Of a stretch of 61,425 bases of DNA, positions 57,583 through 61,425 are shown in pieces; position 1 is the first letter of the stretch, and each line of letters opens with the position of its first letter. Made by a program: the position numbers and the translations under genes. Origin of the DNA: an uncultured Ruminococcus sp. (lineage in GTDB: Bacteria > Bacillota > Clostridia > Oscillospirales > Acutalibacteraceae); the NCBI GenBank assembly GCA_902803805.1, contig CADCRH010000041.1, positions 1-61,425 on the forward strand, read 5' to 3'. The notes beneath the pieces were generated by a model that did not search any database, had not been told where the DNA came from, and was given only the letters and a program-made list of their open reading frames with translations.

Positions 57583-58581
57583 TTGGAGAAGATCGATTTT
57601 GTGATGATTTGGGTTGACGGAAACGATCCCGAATGGCAAAAAGAGAAAAATCTTTATGATTCATCAAACGAAAAAGGCGATAATACGATCATTCGATACA
57701 GAAGTTGGGATAATCTTCAGTATTGGTTCAGAGGAGTAGAAAAATTTGCGCCTTGGGTCAATCAAATACATTTTGTAACGTGGGGGCATTTACCCCCTTG
57801 GCTCAACAAGGACAACCCAAAGCTTCATATTGTTAATCACAAAGATTATATTCCGTCACAGTATCTTCCAACCTTTAACGCAAACACAATAGAACTGAAT
57901 CTTCATAGAATAAAGGGACTTTCGGAGCAGTTTGTATATTTTAATGATGATATGTTTGTAACTGCTCCTGTAACTCCCGAACATTTTTTCAAGAACGGAC
58001 ATCCTATGGACACATATGGTCTTGACTGCATTTATTTTGGAAAAAAAAGTGCAGGTTTTTTTAACGGAAACGATATTGAAATTATCAATACACATTTTAA
58101 TAAAAATCAGGTCTTTAAAACAAATGTCCGTCGTAAATGGTTCAGTCTGAAAAACGGAACAAAACGTGTGATCAAAACCACTGCGCTTAATATGTGGCCG
58201 TGGTTTCCGGGGATTTATTACAATCATTTGCCCAGCAATTTTTTGAAAAGCACCTTTGAAAAGGTATGGGAATTGGAAGAAGAAACACTTGACCTCACTT
58301 GTAAAGATAAATTCAGAACAAAATCGAACTGTAATCAGTGGTTGATGAAATTCTGGCAGCTTTGTGAGGGAGAGGCAATTCCACGAAGCGTTAAAATAGG
58401 ACGCTGTTTTCATATAAAGGATAAAATTTTTGATGAAATGCTTGATGCAATCTCAACAGGAAAACATAAGCTTATATGTGTGAACGATACGATAGGAACA
58501 AGCAATTTTGATTTGCAGAAACAGCAAGTGATCGATGCGTTTGAAAAGCTGTTGCCTGAAAAATCAAGTTTTGAGATATAG
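57583..58581 (+). CDS. Stealth family protein, copy 2 (paralog of 55339-56349)
   Basis: IDFVMIWVDGNDPEW, RYRSWDNLQYWFRGVEKFAPWVNQIHFVTWG, LPTFNANTIELNLHRIKGLSEQFVYFNDDMF. Probable TTG start. Confidence 0.8.
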   Translation: MEKIDFVMIWVDGNDPEWQKEKNLYDSSNEKGDNTIIRYRSWDNLQYWFRGVEKFAPWVNQIHFVTWGHLPPWLNKDNPKLHIVNHKDYIPSQYLPTFNANTIELNLHRIKGLSEQFVYFNDDMFVTAPVTPEHFFKNGHPMDTYGLDCIYFGKKSAGFFNGNDIEIINTHFNKNQVFKTNVRRKWFSLKNGTKRVIKTTALNMWPWFPGIYYNHLPSNFLKSTFEKVWELEEETLDLTCKDKFRTKSNCNQWLMKFWQLCEGEAIPRSVKIGRCFHIKDKIFDEMLDAISTGKHKLICVNDTIGTSNFDLQKQQVIDAFEKLLPEKSSFEI

Positions 58582-58620
58582 AATGTCAAAAATCGCCAGT
58601 CGGCAGGAGGAATCATATTT

Positions 58621-61326
58621 ATGAGTAATAAAATTACAGATGACACTACGGAAAAAACATATCAATATCTTTTTTCCGTGATTATTCCGGTTTATAATGT
58701 TGAAAGGTATTTAGCCGAAACACTGGATTCGGTTATCAATCAATCAATAGGCTTTGAAAACATTCAAATTATTCTTGTCAACGATGGAAGTCCTGATAAT
58801 AGTGAGAATATTTGTCTTGAATATAAAAACAAATATCCTGAAAATATTCTTTATGTTAAGCAGGAAAATGCCGGAGTAAGTGCTGCAAGAAATAACGGCA
58901 TTCAATACATTAAGGGTAAATATGTAAACTTTCTTGATTCGGACGATTGCTGGCAGGAAGACGCCTTTGAAAAAATTTATCATTTTTTTGAAGAACACTA
59001 TGATGAAACGGACGTTTCTGCTGCAAGAAAAAAATTTTTTGATGCAAGAACGGGATTTCACCGTCTTGACTATAAGTACAAAAACACAAGAGTTACAGAG
59101 TTGAATGAAGATTATGAATTTATACAAATGGATGTTACAGGCTCGGTCATCAAAGCAGAAGCCATAGGCGAACACAGATTTTCAACACATCTAAAATATG
59201 GAGAGGATGCTCAATTTATCAATTCCATACTCCTTGATAAATGTACGCTTGGTGTTGTAAGGGGAGCAGTACATTTATATAGAAAAAGACCTGATGAAAC
59301 TTCTGCACTTCAAAATGAGCTGCGTTCCGAAAGCTATTATTTTGACTCACCGAAATATTTCCATAAGTCACTGATAGAGCAGTCAAAGCAAAAGTATGGC
59401 AGGGTTCAGGATTTTATTCAATATACCATAATGTACGATCTCCAATGGAGAATAAGAAAGAAAAAGGATGAAATAACAGAATTTTTGAGTCAGGAAGACT
59501 ATGAAAAATACTGTGATGAAATAACTGAAATTTTACAGCAAATAGACGATCGTATCATATTCAAGCAGAGAGAAATCTATATGAATATGAAAATGTTTTG
59601 TCTTTCCAAAAAGTACGGACGGGATATGCGTAAGGAGTTGGTATATGACCATAGCCAGCTTATGTATAACAATGTGAGTACAATGAATTTTGCTAATGCA
59701 AAGACGAATATTATATGGTTTTTTACGGAAATCCGCAATGATACGATTTATCTTGAGGGAAAAGATAACTGTTGGCTGCCGAATGAGGACTACAGCTATT
59801 ATGCAAAAGTGGGCGACGAAAAATATTATCCCGAATATACCGAAGCGCCTGTTTTTGATTTTGGTACTATTTACGGAACAGCAAAAGCGGGAAGAAGTCT
59901 TAAACTTGAAATACCTCTGCGCAAAGGTGAAGAACAGAGAATTGAATTTTTCCAGTGTTATGGAGAACACGAAAAGCAAATATTTACTTCAACGGGAAAA
60001 TTTGCAAGAATTCCGGCACTGAACGGAGGATATTATGTTAAAGATGATTATATCATCAGAATGATTGGCAGAAATATCATTGTATATCCTTACAGCAGTG
60101 CTCTGCGGCGTAAATTTGAATCATTCTACTGTGAACAGCTTAAGAAAAATAAACGTGGTTATCTGATAAAATACCGTAAGCTGTATAGATTGATGAAGCG
60201 TAAAAATAAAGAAATCTGGCTTGTTTCCGACAGAACCAATAAAGCAAACGACAACGGTGAGCATATGTTCAGATACCTGAACAAAATCAAACCAAAGGGA
60301 ATAGATGTATATTATTACATTGATAAAAATTGTGAGGATTATGAGAAGATGAAAAAAATCGGCAAGGTGATTCCTTACAATACACCAGAGTACCGTTTGT
60401 ATTTTCTGCTTGCCGATAAAATATTGTCATCAAGTGGCAGCGAATATGTTATCAATGCCTTTGGCGGTGACAGAAAGTACTTGATCGACCTCTATAATTT
60501 TGATTATATATTCTTACAGCACGGCGTAACAAAGGACGATATTTCCGAATGGATAAATCGTTATAATAAGAATATGACACGAATTGTAACTGCAGGCATA
60601 CCGGAGCAGAAATCTTTCTGTGAACCGAGCTACGGGTATTCTAAGGATGTACCGATACTCTCAGGATTTCCAAGACACGATAATCTGATCCGTATGCAGC
60701 GGCAGCAGGAAAAAGAGAAAAAAGTACTTGTGATTCCTACGTGGAGAAAGAGTATCAAGGGCAGCTATGATCCGGTAACTACTGAAAGCATTTATTTTGA
60801 AGGCTTTAAAGAAACGGAATATTATCAGTTTTATAATTCCCTTATCAGTGATCCGAGGCTGTGTGAATGTATGAAAAAGAACGGCTATAAAGGTGTTCTT
60901 TGTATGCATCCGATACACGTTGAACAATGGGTTGATTTCACGCCTAATAATGTTTTTGAAATCAATCACGGCTATGTTGACTATCAAAAGGAGTTTACAA
61001 CCTGCTCACTTTTGGTAACAGACTATTCCAGTGTATTTTTTGATTTTGCCTACTTGAAGAAACCTGTAATATATGCACAGTTTGACAAAGAAAAATTTTT
61101 CTCCGGTGAGCATTCCTATAAAAAAGGCTATTTCAGCTATGAGGATAACGGTTTTGGTCCTGTATGTTATGATCTTGACAGTACGGTAAAAGCAATGATC
61201 ACTGAAATAGAGAATGACTGCAAAAACGATCCGCAGTATATAAAGCGTATTGAAGAATTCTATCCCTATTTTGATGAAAACAGTTGTCAGCGTGTATATG
61301 AAAATATCATAAAAATTCCTAAATGA
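58621..61326 (+). CDS. Fusion of a family 2 glycosyltransferase (N-terminal) and a TagF-like CDP-glycerol glycerophosphotransferase (C-terminal)
   Basis: FSVIIPVYNVERYL..NDGSPDNS..LDSDD, then VLVIPTWRKS, LLVTDYSSVFFDFAYLKKP, YFSYEDNGFGPVC. Confidence 0.85.
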   Translation: MSNKITDDTTEKTYQYLFSVIIPVYNVERYLAETLDSVINQSIGFENIQIILVNDGSPDNSENICLEYKNKYPENILYVKQENAGVSAARNNGIQYIKGKYVNFLDSDDCWQEDAFEKIYHFFEEHYDETDVSAARKKFFDARTGFHRLDYKYKNTRVTELNEDYEFIQMDVTGSVIKAEAIGEHRFSTHLKYGEDAQFINSILLDKCTLGVVRGAVHLYRKRPDETSALQNELRSESYYFDSPKYFHKSLIEQSKQKYGRVQDFIQYTIMYDLQWRIRKKKDEITEFLSQEDYEKYCDEITEILQQIDDRIIFKQREIYMNMKMFCLSKKYGRDMRKELVYDHSQLMYNNVSTMNFANAKTNIIWFFTEIRNDTIYLEGKDNCWLPNEDYSYYAKVGDEKYYPEYTEAPVFDFGTIYGTAKAGRSLKLEIPLRKGEEQRIEFFQCYGEHEKQIFTSTGKFARIPALNGGYYVKDDYIIRMIGRNIIVYPYSSALRRKFESFYCEQLKKNKRGYLIKYRKLYRLMKRKNKEIWLVSDRTNKANDNGEHMFRYLNKIKPKGIDVYYYIDKNCEDYEKMKKIGKVIPYNTPEYRLYFLLADKILSSSGSEYVINAFGGDRKYLIDLYNFDYIFLQHGVTKDDISEWINRYNKNMTRIVTAGIPEQKSFCEPSYGYSKDVPILSGFPRHDNLIRMQRQQEKEKKVLVIPTWRKSIKGSYDPVTTESIYFEGFKETEYYQFYNSLISDPRLCECMKKNGYKGVLCMHPIHVEQWVDFTPNNVFEINHGYVDYQKEFTTCSLLVTDYSSVFFDFAYLKKPVIYAQFDKEKFFSGEHSYKKGYFSYEDNGFGPVCYDLDSTVKAMITEIENDCKNDPQYIKRIEEFYPYFDENSCQRVYENIIKIPK

Positions 61327-61425
61327 TTTTTACGGCAGATGATTCTTAAATGGAATAGTCTGCCGTTCTTGCTTTTCAGCATTCTTGACATTCATTACAT
61401 AATACGCTAAAATATAATCATTAAA

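Noticed and set aside
1-61425. Looked for tRNA/rRNA genes, integrases, transposases, phage structural genes, short-repeat arrays and known defence systems (restriction-modification, CBASS, retron, Cas)
   Set aside because: I saw no recognisable signature motif or repeat/spacer pattern for any of these on either strand. Absence cannot be proven without tRNAscan, Infernal or HMM searches.

Overview
This 61.4 kb window looks like chromosomal DNA from a low-GC, strictly anaerobic Firmicute (Clostridia-like). The anaerobe hallmarks are nrdDG and a PerR-like regulator next to a reverse rubrerythrin. I support about 49 protein-coding genes, mostly on the + strand. I recognised no rRNA, tRNA, CRISPR array, integrase or transposase.

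Gene order, left to right:
1. 1-2749: four small genes that look like toxin-immunity or antidote genes (DUF4253-like, NADAR, an unknown acidic protein, CbrC). No toxin gene is in view.
2. 2801-8211: a large dual-HTH regulator, then a Crp/Fnr regulator divergent from nrdD-nrdG.
3. 8415-18748: a tightly coupled five-gene operon (AAA+ MoxR/AAA_5 ATPase, DUF5682-like, VWA, SWIM zinc finger, DUF4132/HEAT giant). It has the same family set as E. coli yehI/yehLMPQ, and no function is known for it.
4. 19250-34007: a seven-gene, roughly 14.8 kb operon. It encodes a TadZ/CpaE-like pseudo-receiver with a degenerate ATPase, an FHA protein with a Q/N/Y-rich prion-like tract, a PP2C phosphatase, a Hanks Ser/Thr kinase, two small membrane proteins and a 2798-aa Ig-repeat surface protein. 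An ETTVL threonine motif recurs in the FHA protein and in the small membrane protein.
5. 34096-51915: housekeeping genes, including an S1-domain protein, a thioredoxin-like protein, a GH3 lipoprotein, HisJ-type PHP phosphatase, panBCD-coaBC, HtrA, an HD-GYP protein, a deacetylase, an amidase, PerR and rubrerythrin, a class III Fic module, DUF4250, a flavin reductase and a HAD hydrolase.
6. 52122-61326: a teichoic-acid-like wall-polymer cluster (GT2, TagG-like permease, TagF-like enzymes, two Stealth paralogs, an acyltransferase).

The two best candidates for an undescribed system are the AAA/DUF5682/VWA/SWIM/DUF4132 operon and the phospho-signalling operon with the giant adhesin. All family assignments come from motif reading and memory. 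No searches were run.
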